A stretch of DNA of 64,000 nucleotides, taken from assembly GCF_018977255.1 (NCBI RefSeq), contig NW_024704742.1, positions 90,770,001 through 90,834,000 of the forward strand. Direction: 5' to 3'. The translations under genes were made by a program, and so were the position numbers. Position 1 is the first letter of the stretch. Every line of letters starts with the position of its first letter. Source of the stretch: Callorhinchus milii (Eukaryota). Shown here piece after piece: positions 23,291 through 36,239 of the stretch. The notes beneath the pieces were generated by a model. The model had not been told where the DNA came from, ran no database searches, and was given only the letters and a program-made list of their open reading frames with translations.

Positions 23291-26159
23291 ACTTTTGTAT
23301 TTGTCTTCTCTGTTTCCTTCTCTTTCATCGCCTTAAACCTTAAATGTGTCATGGCTACTATCTCCGAGGTATTTTCCTACCTTTAAATCCCTTACCTGTT
23401 CTGGATCATTGCCCATAACTAGATCAACCAGTGCTTCCCCACTTGTCAACGTTACCATAAATTGGCACAATAAATAGACATGCACAACACAAAAACTCTA
23501 TTTCTTATTGATCTCCTTCTGTTTGATGCTTCTGTTTGATGCTTCTGTTTGGAGCATTGCAGTCTTATTTTTTCATTTTAGACGATCCATGAACAAAAAG
23601 TATTTGAGGCCTAAAATATCATCTTGCCTTAGCCTTGTAAGACAATTTGGCCTTAAAAATCCTTCAGTGGTAATTTGGAACCAGCTTCTGTGAGGAGCAC
23701 AGAATTCTGTATTCAGCATTGTATTAGCTGCATGTACATTTGATGGCATATTGTATTGCTTCTTCCCTGGTATATGTGCTGTTTAAGGGAAGGGATTGTA
23801 AGTGAGGAGCAACAGAACTTGTTGCTGGTTTCACCCACTTACAGAGCTGCTGCATGAAATGCAGCACAGGTTTAGTACAGCTCACAGAACTCAGACCTGC
23901 AAAAATCCCACCACGGTTCCACTTCCCACACAAGCCACATATGGCATAATATGACTTGCCGTTCATTAATACCAACAAACCTTTACTTCCTCACATATAA
24001 TAGGATTTTCCATTTATAGGTGCAGAATAATAACCCTTGCATTTGAGGAATAAAAATTTCATGCATCAATGAACACGTTAGCATGTTAGACCCATTAGGA
24101 GTTCTTGGATAGAAATTAAAATGACTTGCTATAATACAATGGTTGGAGTCCATAAACGTCCAATTCACTGAACATGAGTGTTAGTCTGCTAGGTTATGCT
24201 GACATCATTTCCTGTGCATTGGATAGCAGCACAGTATGCAGGAAGTTTCGTCAGAAGCAATTGTCCCCATAAGCAAGGCCCCATAAGCCTCATTGACCCA
24301 GAAGTTGGCCATTGTTTAACATGCAGGAAGCGGACCATCAGCCACTACAGCCTTACCCGAAGGAATTGCCTCCCTTAACTTCTCTGCCTTACCCCCTCTC
24401 TATCTGTCTTCAAAAGTCCATGTCTTGGCAATCATGCAAGCTAGCAAGACGGCTTCAATCTTGTGACGACTGGGCTGAGTTTTGGAATTGGAACTTAACT
24501 GCAAATAGATTATTGCAACAATATCTATGAGAAGAAGTCAGGGCAAAGGCAGTTAGAAAAGCTCATGGAAAGGCCAGCATCACTGAGCAAAAGCTGTCTG
24601 GGAAACATTTGAATAGCAATGCTGGGTCTCTCCTGAGCAATGCCAGTCTCCTTCAAGAGTGGAATAAATATGCGTGTTTAACAACTTCCTAAGCAGTATC
24701 CTATTGATATGGAGCGTGTGTTCCAGTTCATGTTATTCATGTAATTCCATTAACAATCATGAACTGAGCTTTTTAAGCATGAGGTTTCTGGTCTGATATT
24801 ACCTCCAACTCCAAATACAGAACATTGCTATAAAGTGATGGGGAAAGGGGGGATATAGGAGACAGTATTTTTGCATGGATACTCATATAGGGAGAATGCC
24901 TACGTGTGAGTTCAGCAGGAAACCCATCTCATTTGCTGTGGAACTTTGCTGCCCTGGCTTACCTGCTGCAAGACTTGTGGCCTGTGAGCCCGGAGCAGTT
25001 TGCCCACACGCATCCCGATCGGCACGCCTACGGGTAATCCAAACATTCCCACACACGTTTAAACGGATATGCGAAGCACTCTGTTTACTTAAAATTTAGT
25101 TGACTCTCAACTTCAGTTGTGCTGAGCAGGCAGATTTGGAATGGAGCCAGACCAGTTACTTAAGGCAGATGGCCGATAAAATCCAGAAGTACAGCAACAG
25201 TTTGCAGCCTTAACTAAATCAATTTGGCAAATGTTTGCGTCCCTACGTAAGTCTGGTCATTTAATCTAAATGCTGTAAAATAAGTAGAGTAAAGTTGCCC
25301 AAATTTTATCTTGATATATCGTATAATCGCCTAGGTCATACGTGCATTCAAGTCCCATTCAGTTTCCTACCAAAAAACACTTAGCATTCTTTTCACTAGT
25401 TGTATTTTATGAAGGAAATCGTAACCTACTACTGCACTTACCAAGTCCATTGAATCACGGGAAATTAAGTTCTGACCCATCGAAACACGTGCATTTACTG
25501 GCTGGATTGAAGTACGCATGCACTAGTATAGATAATTGTTTAATCGGATTTTATACTATTTACACAAGTTTGTCTTTAACTCATATTTTGTGGAAGTCAT
25601 ATTAAATGTTATGGTCCCGACAGGTACAACTAAGGTGAGTTTAACTATATAATGGGAAATGGTAATTCTCAGTTTGGTCTGGATACTCTTAGGCATAATG
25701 ATGGGTTTTGCGTGTTTCACCCAGCTGACCAACAAAAAGCCACAGGAAAAAGTATTGTATAGACTGCATTCGTTCTAACTTATATATCATTCCATACCGC
25801 AGGCTGTAAAACAATAAAGACATTTTTTTTCTTCTTGCAATGAAACTTTAAAATGATAAATAAGTCATCTGGATATTAGAGTAATACCATTTGCATCTAA
25901 TTCAGTAACTGGAGAACATAGATTTAAGGTAATCACCAAAAGGGCAAAGGTTTGGGAGAACATTTTTTACACAGAGCGATTGAACATGGAACGAATGCCC
26001 TGCATGAAACCATGGTTGAGGCAGGAACCATATTAGCTTTTAAGAGGGAATTAGAATCAACAACAACAATTTACATTTATATAGTACCCTGAACATAGGG
26101 TAACGTGTTGGAGCGTACTGAGCAAGGGAAAGAGAAGGAGAGGGAGGTGCACTGAGGAA

Positions 26160-26450
26160 TTGTTGCAGGTGATGTGTGTTAGATGAGATATTAAACTGAG
26201 GTCCTATCTGCCTGCTCAAGAGTGTGCTAAAACATCCAATGGGATTATTTTTTGAAGACTGTTAGGCAGGTTACCTAGTTAATATTTCCCCCCTCACCCA
26301 AGTTCAATGGAAAAGTATCAACCAGACATTTCTCTCATCACTGTTGCGGATCAGCTGGTGAGTTTATTGATACAACAGTCACTACACTTCAGTAACTCAC
26401 TGCATGAAGTTCTTTGAACATGTTGGCATGATGAAGTGCTACATCAAAAA
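26160..26450 (+). mobile_element. Deu-domain SINE fragment, old
   Basis: GATGAGATATTAAACTGAGGTCCTATCTGCCTGCTC core and a degenerate tail. Confidence 0.6.
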
Positions 26451-28171
26451 GTCTTAGACATTCACAAAACAGCAGAAGGTCATTCAGCCCATCATGCTAG
26501 CTCTGTGAAACAACCATTTGTTTAGTCCCATTGTGATGCATTTTCCTCTTACTCTTTTATACATCTTGCTTTTCTGATATTTATATATATTCCTGTCATG
26601 TGGATCTCCCTCCTTCTTCCACTCTGTCTCACCCGCTCTCTTTCTGGATGTAAGTCCTGGGTCAAATGCTGCCTGTTTGAATGTGCCTATGGCAGCACTT
26701 TGGATTGTGAACTGATATCCTGCTGGTATGAATCTTGAACTTACTGTTGCAGAAGTGAAAGGAAACTCTTATCTAGGAGCCATACTAATAATTGCTACTG
26801 GTAGCCCATTTTATTAATCCACTGTATTTTAAAACCAATCACTCTGACCCTATTACAGAGTGCCTGAACCCAGATGGAGGTTCAGTGTAACAGTTCTGAG
26901 CAAGTTGGCTTATCAGTCATGGGCAGCGGTGTAATGAAGATGATCAAAGGACAGGCTTGAGGTCTTTCTTTAATTTCACGTTGTGTGCAGAGATGGTGGT
27001 TTGCGGTCATTAGACATTAAAACCCAATGACACCAGGGACCAGATTTGCAAGTGCTAAACTAGCCTCTCTGGGCGTGCAAAACCTTTGATAAATGAACAT
27101 GCTTTGAACTCATTACCAAGATAAGATTGCTGGTACGTGTATTTATTCATTGTAATTGGAATGTTTTAAGCCAATGTTTTGGGGTTGGTTAGACTCAATG
27201 GCAGAAGCTCTGTTAAGAACAAGGAAGAGAACCGAGGAAAGACACCCATCTGCTGATTATCTTCCAATTGTCCTCAGTCAATCAGAGCCAGCCTTTAAGC
27301 AAACATGTTCTCTAATGATAATTTCAAGGCACTACAGAGGCCTTGGCTAGCTATTCCCCTTGTAGCTAGAACTGTGGATCTCTCCAGTGTCTAGTTACTG
27401 AGTTCTGTTAACTCGCTACTATCACAGCCAAATGCAAATAGCCCATGTTCCCATTTGACTAGTTTAAAGGGAGATAGAAAGGAAAAAAAATTCAAATTCT
27501 GCCGTGTGATTTAAAAGTTGTTACAAAAATGTAAATGTTAAATTGTGGCTGTGACAAAGGATTAAAAAAACAGCACGGTGACCCATTCCACAGCTTTTTT
27601 GTTTTTAACGGGTTCATCTTCTGCAGTCTTCAGTTGTGTAAGTGTTAGTAAATAATTTACCTGTCCCAGGGGGATGGGGGTAGGGGGATGAAGGAAGCAA
27701 TCACATTGTGCAGCAAGCTGGCTCTTTGGGGAAGCTTCTTCTCTGACTGTAAATGTTCTGTCAGAAGTGACTTCAGCAGCCTGCCCAGAGCCTGCACAAT
27801 GAATACCTCCAGTGTTAAAAAAAGGACGCAAAAGGTCACAGGGATGGATCAAATGACCCCCATAGCTAGCATTTGCCAAGGTGGAATTTTGTCTATTAAT
27901 GCCCATTGGCTGTGCCACACCAGGAACACGTATCTTATCACATTCATTCCCCAACGCTTCTAACGTTGCACTCAAAAAGATTCCAAATAAAAATGCAACA
28001 CTGACCACCTCAGTCAAGTGAAGTCATTGCAGTTTCAGGATGGAGAGGAAGGTACTTCAAAGGGAGTTTAGTAAATCAGACGCTGGGCACATCAAACTGA
28101 CTTCTGATGCTCCTGAATGTGTGTTTCTGCTTTATCACTAGTGAGGCGAGTGGGAGAATAAAACAGTGACC

Positions 28172-28199
28172 CTCTCCTCTCTCTCTCTCTCTCTCTCTC
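28172..28199. repeat. (CT)n microsatellite
   Basis: Seen directly. Confidence 0.9.
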
Positions 28200-29089
28200 A
28201 GTAGACAGCACCTCCTGATGTCCAGTTACCGACATTGTTGGTGCTTTCATATCTGTGACTTTCACTGCCGTTCTGTTGGATTGGGGGGTGGGGTGGGGGG
28301 ATAGAGAAATGGTGGAGTGGAAATCGGGAATATAGTTGGAGGGCAGCAACCAGCGAGAGAAAAGAACAGGGTAGCTGTGACATACAATATAATACAAAAT
28401 TACATTTGTATAGCACCTTTCACATCAGGAAGAAGTTCCAACACAAACACCCTTTCTGCCTATTGATCTGAACACCCAATTCCTGACATCAAACTCCACA
28501 GGGTTATCCTTTATATCCTGCTGCTGTGCAAGGTTGATGCGATTTACCATCATCAGCATTGCCACCATACTCTTAAAGATGGTGATGGGTTTCTGTGTGT
28601 GCCAGGATACTCAGCTGAACAAACAAAACCCCACATTGTCAATGTGCGCTGAACTCAACGGCAGACGGAACATTGCTCCTTATACGGAGCGGCTCCTATT
28701 CCTATTGTAACCACTCAGTTTTCTACCTTCCTCTCCAAAAGGTGGTTCCTCCTGATTCATTAGGGTTCCAACCTCAAGAGCCTTATAGTACCTCACCACA
28801 GTTTCTATTTTACATGTGCTAGCAGGCTATCAATTATTGGAGCAACACAATAAAGCTGCATCCTAAAACTTGAATGTTTAACTCATATCAGATAGTCACA
28901 GTTGCCCTCACGGGTAATTACTGTCGTTTAGTGACTGTTTTGGGTTGCAAACACAACAGCCATTTGTGTCAGCAAGGTCCCACAAGGAACCATAAGTAAA
29001 TAATTCACCTGGAGGATGTTGGCCAGGACTGCAGGAAAAAACAGCTTCTCATTTTGAATTGTGTCATTGAATCTTATCCTTTAGGTGAG

Positions 29090-29365
29090 GTGGTAGACCG
29101 AGGTCCCATCTGCCCATTCAGGTGGAAATGAAAGATCACATGGCACTGTTCGAAAAGAGCCTTTCACTCAGTGTCCTGGCCATCAATGCTCTAGATCTAA
29201 AGTTGGTCATTCCCTTTATGTCTGTTTGTAGGACACTGCTGTGCTGCCGTGTTCGCCTAAAAAAATACATAATCACTACACTCTACAGTAAATCCTGCAA
29301 AGTGCTTTGAGATGTGTTGATGACATGATAAGGTGCTATATCAAATGCAAGGATTATTATTACTA
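29090..29365 (+). mobile_element. Deu-domain SINE, 3' half
   Basis: ACCGAGGTCCCATCTGCCCATTCAGGTGGA...AAAGATCACATGGCACT...GTGTCCTGGCCA plus the shared tail. Confidence 0.75.
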
Positions 29366-29524
29366 TTGTTTTTTTCTAACATCCATCTGAAGAGAAGGAT
29401 AAGATTGAACATCTCATCTGAAGGACATCTCATTTAGTTTAACAACTCATCTAAAGGATGATACCTCTGATAATACATTTTTCCTCCAGTACACTGAACT
29501 GGTTGTCAACCTGAACTGACAAAC

Positions 29525-29760
29525 AGAAGTTCCACCTAGGTCAATATTTACTCTATTTTCAGAGTATTTAAGAAGCTGCAAAATTTGGTAAATTATTGAA
29601 TTCAGTCTTACCTTTGAAGCCGTTTTTCTGTAGTTCTTAAAATAAACTTACAGAAAAACAGCTTCAAAATTCAGGCTGTATTTAAAAAGTTGCCATACAC
29701 TAGATGTTCAAAACTGTTAAGGATATAGAATAAATCTAGACCTAGGTAGAATTTCACCCC
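29525..29760. mobile_element. Palindromic MITE-like element, family A
   Basis: Whole-length imperfect palindrome: GAAGTTCCACCTAGGTC...TTTGAAGCCGTTTTTCTGTA / TACAGAAAAACAGCTTCAAA...GACCTAGGTAGAATTTC. Confidence 0.8.
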
Positions 29761-29829
29761 ACAAGTTCAAGTCCTGATTTGGGGTTTGAACCCACAAACT
29801 TCTGACGGGCCAGGCTGACAAACAGCTAT

Positions 29830-30045
29830 TGTCCAGCAGGAATCACTGGATAGTGATTAGGAGAGCATTAGGATAATTTCCCTTGCCTTTGAACTCTTGA
29901 GGCCAATTGTTGTCCCTCACTATCACTTTGGTGTCCACAGTGGTGGAGATCAGTGAGCTCAGCACTGGGAATCAGACCTGAGATCTTCCTGAACTGCATG
30001 TTATTGCCATATCACAGAAGTCCATTTACCCACTGTGTTGTCAAC
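29830..30045 (-). mobile_element. AmnSINE2-like ancient SINE fragment
   Basis: The minus strand reads CAGGAAGATCTCAGGTCTGATTCCCAGTGCTGAGCTCACTGATCTC...ACAATTGGCCTCA...CTCCTAATCACTATCCAGTGATTCCTGCTGGA, matching the AmnSINE2 consensus as recalled. Confidence 0.65.
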
Positions 30046-31329
30046 TAAATTTTGTTTTTATTTGAACATTCAAAACACTTTTCTAAGAACAAATCTATAG
30101 CTTAAAACCAATTCCTGCTGCTTGTTTCAAAAGAAAATCATGCTAGTTTCTAAACTGCAAGATGGTGGAGGTGTGGGGGAATGAATGGATATTCTGCAGC
30201 TCAGCCTGACAATGTTAACAGATCATAGTGTAATTGTGTGGAACTTACTCTTTGGAGAATAATCGGATGGGATAGAGTTTGTGTCTTGAGCTGTGGGAAA
30301 AAAGAGCTTGGGTTGAATCTTATTTTCTCTTTCTACGCTTCTTTTAATGTTCCTACGCCTTTATAAGGCTCGCTAAGCCTAAAATTTAACTAGAAGTAAA
30401 TATTTAATTGCAAAAGCTGTATCAGATTTCACATGGGACACAGCGTCTGTGTTTCTCTTTGCTGTTCATTAAATTTGTATTTTGTAAGAGCCAATGTGTG
30501 AGGCTTGATATGAACCTGTTTTCCAGTCTACTTAATTGAGCGGATCCTGGGTTGCTTAACACTGACCAGGGAGCTCCAGCCCCTACCACTTGACTTTGCC
30601 TGCCTTGCTTTCATCAGTTCTCTGCTGGGCCTCTGGTTTGTGAGATGAGCTAAGTTAGAAGCAAGGTGTCTCCCCTCCAGAGAGGAGAAATTACCTATCT
30701 TCTCTGGTTTCAGGGGGTATCCTACCAAGAGATCAGATGGGACCATACAAAACACTTGTGGAAACACTTATGTATGATTCAGTCCTTTCCCCTTACACAT
30801 TCCTTGTATGAGGGTGGCTGGAGGCGTTTTAAGAAAAGAAAATGAGCAGGAACCCCTTCTCCCTCCCTTTAAAGAAAGTCAGTTTCAAGTTTGTAGGTCT
30901 CAATAGACACATTTGTTTATTTGTTATGCAAACCACACATTGAAAAACAACAATACATTTTAAGTGCCTTCCTGCTAATTTCTCCAGTGCAGTAACTACA
31001 GTATGTTCATTGAAAGAGGATCAACTGAACATTAGGTTATACTGAATTATATAGACTTATAGCACGGAAACAAGCTCAACTAGTACCTGTCAATGTTCAT
31101 ATCCACATTGATCTCCACCATTGTAATCTCCACCCTTTTTATTGCCCCTTTATTCCCTTATTATTGAAAAAATAACATGGGAGGCCATTCAGCCCATCGA
31201 ACATGTTCCATTTGTTTATTAGAACTTGACAAATCTTTTAATCCCTTTCACCATACCCCTTACTACTCTTCCCACTTCTAATTTTTCTCTCTCTCCCTGA
31301 AGGGACTGATGGCCACTTGGATATTGTTC

Positions 31330-31695
31330 TGCATGTACCACTGCCATGAAACTTTTGTTCATGTGAGAGCCGATTCAATGAGTGCCGACTAGCTGCTCAG
31401 TCCTGGAGGGCTTCGAAGCCTTGATCTTATTTTCTGCGTGACATCTATATACACTCACTTTTCAGCATGGGTCACCAGATAGTTCTAGGAGTTGTGAAAA
31501 AAGGTTGGACCAACTGACTGTCTCATGTCAGCACATCCCTCCCTGAGCCCAGTGACATACACTGAGACAAGTTTTCACACTCCTTCTGTCAATCTTTATG
31601 AGATCATCTGACTTGACACAGATCAAGAACTGCACCTAGTCAGTACAGCTAAGCGCTCATCAGGCAATGCTCTTCCCACTAGGCCACTGGAGGGG
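31330..31695 (-). mobile_element. AmnSINE2-like ancient SINE
   Basis: Homologous to 29830-30045. The minus strand has CTATCTGGTGACCCATGCTGAAAAGTGAGTGT...GCCCTCCA...GGCACTCATTG...CTCACATGAA. Confidence 0.6.
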
Positions 31696-33184
31696 GTCTG
31701 CATACATTTCTTGTAGCTGTTTGTCCACTCTAAATCCTTTAGCTATTTTTCATGTGTAACTCTATGGGGGGGGGGGGGGGAAGAAATGTAGTACGTGATG
31801 TGATATTATTTGCTATGCTAATTATTATATCATACACCACTTTCTAAGTTTTCCCCCTTCCCCCACATATATGTTACCTCATGTAAGACGACAGATTTTT
31901 TATCTAATGGAAATAATCTGCTCCGAGGCTCTGAGTGGATATCTGACGGTGCCAGGTTTGCTTAGCTTTGCTGAAACAATCTTTGTTTGAAGAAACAATC
32001 TTCAGCATGGTAACCTTCCAATATACATACATGTCTTGTCATTCATAGTTACCTAATCAGACTACAAGACTGAGGGAATACTGAATAAGAATACTTCCAC
32101 TGATATAAGCGCCTTTTCATGTTGAAACACCTCAAAGCACTCCATGTGATGAGTTACTTTGTAGTGCGATCACTGTCGTTATACCGACGGACTCGCCAGT
32201 TTAACTGTTTTAGTAGCGTCCAACTAATGACAAGGATCCTGGGAGAACACTCTGCTCTTTAAAATAGAACCACAAGATTTTTTAACATCCACCTGAATAG
32301 TCATTCAGAACCTCCATATAATAAGGGGAGAAATGCAACATATGCTATACAAATTATCACATTTGGAAAATTACAACCCTTTTCTAAGTTTCAGTCAATG
32401 GGTGGCTGTGGGTGAAACCTCCTCCACTCCCCTCCCCTATGGCACAATACTTAGGCCTAAAACCAGCCACCATCTAGCATTGAACATGTCCACGATGTGG
32501 ATTTCAATTCAAGCAATAGCAACGTAATTCAATGAACTGTAAAAGATTTTGCCGGTGTGTGTCAGAGAGATAGACAGATGACGTTGTAGACATTGTTCCC
32601 ATATTGAAATGAAAGTGTTTGTGGCATTAAAGTGTTGGCCTGGAAAATGTGCAGAATGGCGGGGGGTATATTTATCACATTTCCCAACAGATTTGATGGT
32701 ACAACAATGAATCCGTTGTGAAATGTTGCAAATTTACCCCCAGTTAAATGCAATGTTAAGTGAGTCCATTTAGAATTAGGTGCGGAGGCAGTCTTTCAGC
32801 GCTTCAGCTTTGCATCGACTGCATACCCACCGCAAATGGCACAAAGCCAATTTTGTACATTTCAAAATCTGAGTTTAGAAAGAGCCCAGGTTGTCTGCTG
32901 GATTGCCTATAAATCTCTAATGTTAGGAAAGAGTCGACAGTGCAGTTCAGATTACAGAGCAGAAACATTGCTTCAGCATTTACTGTATAGGAAGTAAAAA
33001 TCAGAGGCACGTGCTGTTAGAGCAGTCGACTGGAGCATTTAAAAGGGAATTAGACAAATACGTGCAGAGGGATGGGTATTATAGGATGTGGGAAAAGAGC
33101 AGGGAATTTGAACTAGGATGGGTGGCTTCACCGACATTAAAAAATGGCTGATGGTCCCCTACTGTATCCTACATTTCTATGCAG

Positions 33185-33601
33185 TAATAATCTTTGCATT
33201 TGATGTAACGCCTCATAAGTTGTGAAATGTCTTAAAGAGCTTTACAGTATTCACTATAAAGTGTGACTGTATTTAGTAGGTGAAAACGGGCAGCCAATTT
33301 GCATGCAGCAATGTCCCATCTACAGCCATGAAGTTAATGACCAATTTTATCTGAGGGATTGTTGGCCAAGAAACCGGGAGAAACTCCCTTCGCTTTTCAC
33401 ATATTGTCATGGGATCTTTAACGTCCAGCTGAATAGGCTGGCAGAATCTTGGTTCAATATCCCATCCAAAAGAAGGCACTTCCAACAATGCAACACTCCC
33501 TCAGATCTGGAGCGCCATCCTAGACTAGGAGCTGAAAGTTCCGATGTGGATCTTGAATCTTATGATTCGGAAGGAAAAGTAGTGACAGCTGAACCAGGCT
33601 G
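33185..33601 (-). mobile_element. Deu-domain SINE, full length
   Basis: Minus strand GGAAGTGCCTTCTTTTGGATGGGATATTGAACC...GGACGTTAAAGATCCCATGAC, with head CAGCCTGGTTCAG and an (ATT) tail. Confidence 0.8.
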
Positions 33602-33689
33602 TTACCTGGACTTTTACCTGGACTCCCTCAGATAAAATTGGTCATTCACTTCATGGATGGAATGGATTTTCACAGAGGGAATTGAAAGA

Positions 33690-34510
33690 TCTCAGATCTC
33701 TGTCAGACCACAGGGGCTGGATGAGCGCAAATTTCCTTCAGCTGAACGTTGACAAGACGGAAGCCATACTCTTTGGCTCTCATCAACGTCTAAAATCTCA
33801 CGGCTCTCACCTCCTCCACCTACCCGACCTCCCCCTAAAACTCTCCGAACCCATGTGCAACCTAGGCAGGTTCAACCCCCAATTATTCTTCCTCTCCCAC
33901 ATCCGGTCCCTCACCAGCACCACTTTCTTCCACCTCCGTCGCATTGCTCGTCTCCGCCAATACCTCTCCCCAAAAGCCCCTGAAATCCTGGTCCATGCCT
34001 TTGGCACCTCTCGGCTGGACTACACTAACGCCCTCCTCACCGGCCTCCCATCCACTATCATCCATAAAATCCAAATCATTCAAAACTCTGCCTGCATTTT
34101 CACCCGCACGAAACTCCGCTCCCCGATCACCCCATTCCTTGCGAGACTTCTCTGGTTAGGTTAGATTTCAAGATCCTCACCCTTGTGTTCTGGTTAGGTT
34201 GCACCTGGAGTACAGTTCTGGTCACTCTGACATTAAACATCCGTCTAGCCCTGGACTTCTCCGCTCTACCCTCAGCAGCCGTGCCTTCAGCCACTGTGCC
34301 CCGAGTCTCTGGAACTCCCTTCCTCACTCCCTTTGTCTCGCTCCCTCCCTTCCTATTTTCAGGTCTCTGCTGAAGACTTTTCTTTTCGACCGCGCCTTTG
34401 GTCACCTTCTTCCCCTCCCCCTGGCACAGTCCCGGGATCCGTTACTGTAAAGCGCTCTGAGACACCGTCCGGTGTGGAGGGTGCTATATAAATCCAAGTT
34501 GTTGTTGTTG
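33690..34510 (+). mobile_element. L2-clade LINE 3' fragment
   Basis: WMSANFLQLNVDKTEAIL, HAFGTSRLDYTNALLTGLP and RAFSHCAPSLWNSLP; tail GGGTGCTATATAAATCCAAGTTGTTGTTG. Confidence 0.92.
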
Positions 34511-34725
34511 AAAGAGATCTAGGAATGTTAGCTGACACATTGCTCATCATGTCCAAGCAGTGTGAGGGAGTAATAAACAAGGTAAACAGAATGTCGGATG
34601 ATATTAATGTATCAGTTGAGTCTACATCCCCAGATGTCATGCTTAAGGTGTACGGTGTTCTGGTTAGGTTGCACCTGGAGTACAGTTCTGGTCATTCTGA
34701 CATTAAACATCCGTCTAGCCCTGGA
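34185..34725. repeat. 71-bp direct repeat (34185-34255 and 34655-34725, one mismatch)
   Basis: GTGTTCTGGTTAGGTTGCACCTGGAGTACAG...CTAGCCCTGGA occurs twice, offset 470 bp. Confidence 0.95.
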
Positions 34726-34865
34726 GGGAGTGCACAGGAGAGCAATAAGGCTGATTGCCAGAGTTAGACTAATGAGCTGTGAGGAACGGTGATATCAACT
34801 CAGCATTGAAAGGAGACATCTCAAAGTGGGATCTTATACAGCTATATAAGATTCTAAATGCGAGT
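34515..34865 (+). mobile_element. CR1-type LINE ORF2 fragment
   Basis: KQCEGVINKVNRM...LKVYGVLVRLHLEY and ALEGVHRRAIRLI, matching the CR1 motifs LYxxLVRPHLEY and LExVQRRATRxI. Confidence 0.8.
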
Positions 34866-35924
34866 GATCCCATGTTCTTTATCTTCATGTCAAAGTAATG
34901 AAAAAAACTGTCTTTATTGCTGGTCCACATTAGTTCATGGCACTGTTGATTAACTAGCCTGATTGGCTTGTAAACCAAACTTGGAGAGGAAGATATGTCA
35001 ATGGAGACGAGATTCACATTTGGCTCATGATAAACTTGCAAACCATCATCCTAATAGACAGGGTGATCCATTTTGGGCAAGCCACAGGAAGTTTCCTCAT
35101 GCAGACATATTGGTGAGGTGTAGAGTTATATCTGGTTTAAATCCATTAGTATCTCAGTGAGAACTTTTGCATCCATAATGCTTTGACTGTTCTCAATCTG
35201 ACACCTGTGTTCTGCAGACATAGGTAAGCGGGCAGGGGCCTATCTAGTTATCAGTAAACTCAGCAGCTGCTAGCGCAGCACATTTCTGGGGGAAGAAAAT
35301 ATTTTCAAAATATTTTTTTAATGGAAACATTGAAATGGCAGGGAGTGTCACGTACAAGGTAAATTAATTTCTCTTAAGTTAAAGCTAAAGCAATCAAACT
35401 GCTCAGGGTGGGGGAGGGTGTGGGGTGGGGTTGGTGAATGGGGGACAACACACTCTGACATTTTGCCTAGGGCTCAGTGCAGGAGATTGTCTAGAGTGAC
35501 TTCTGCAAACAGGAGTGTGCTTGTGTCTGTCCCACAGCTAAGATTGCTGACATCAATATTAGTGAAACTCTACTTTTGCAAATGCTCAGCAGCAGAAACT
35601 GAAGATTCTTAAGGATTGAGATAAGTGTTAACATCACTTGTGCCTGGCCAGAAAAAGTACAGCGTGCATTTTCTGCAAGGAACCCCCTCCTCTGTACGTG
35701 AAGCCAACACGTAAAATAATGTGTGTGGAAGGAAAGAGGCCAGGTTTCAATAGTGCAGATGTGGGGTTTGGCTGAATATTCAGGAGGCTTTACTCACTTT
35801 GACCTCAAAGATTCAGGGAGTATCTGTCATATGCAAAATCTTTCACATGAAGTAGATTGGATGGGTTGAAATCAATTGCGGTGTTCTTATGCGCTGACCC
35901 AATGGAGATCTGTTACTCATTATG

Positions 35925-36170
35925 AGGCCTGAAATTTCACCCAGTATTAGGCTTTAAAACCATTTCATTTTATTATTTAACATCACATACAATTATGAGA
36001 AATCCTTAAATTCAGTTGTAATTTAAAAGCTCTTTATTTAAGAACTGCAGGCAAGTCTTGCTTCCAAATCACGCATGAATTTAAGAACTTCCCACAATTT
36101 TGCACCGTCTTACAATTTTTTAAAACACACTGATCATATGGGCTAAGACTATATGAAATGCCAGATCTAT
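35925..36170. mobile_element. Palindromic MITE-like element, family A
   Basis: GAGGCCTGAAATTTCACC...GAGAAATCCTTAAATTCA / TGAATTTAAGAACTTCCCACAATT...GGCTAAGACTA. Confidence 0.7.
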
Positions 36171-36239
36171 GGACCATGCTTTAAACTGGAAGCTTCACAG
36201 TCTGTATAGCTCAGCCGCTCACTGAATGAAGAAAAAGAC

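Noticed and set aside
23796..23842. Small hairpin TGTAAGTG...AGCAACA/TGTTGCT...CACTTACA
   Set aside because: Short, bulged stem; not distinguishable from background.
27562..28017. 151-aa ORF with a signal-peptide-like N-terminus
   Set aside because: It starts at TTG, the nearest upstream ATG is out of frame and stops at once, and I recognise no homolog. Kept only as a weak exon-like finding.
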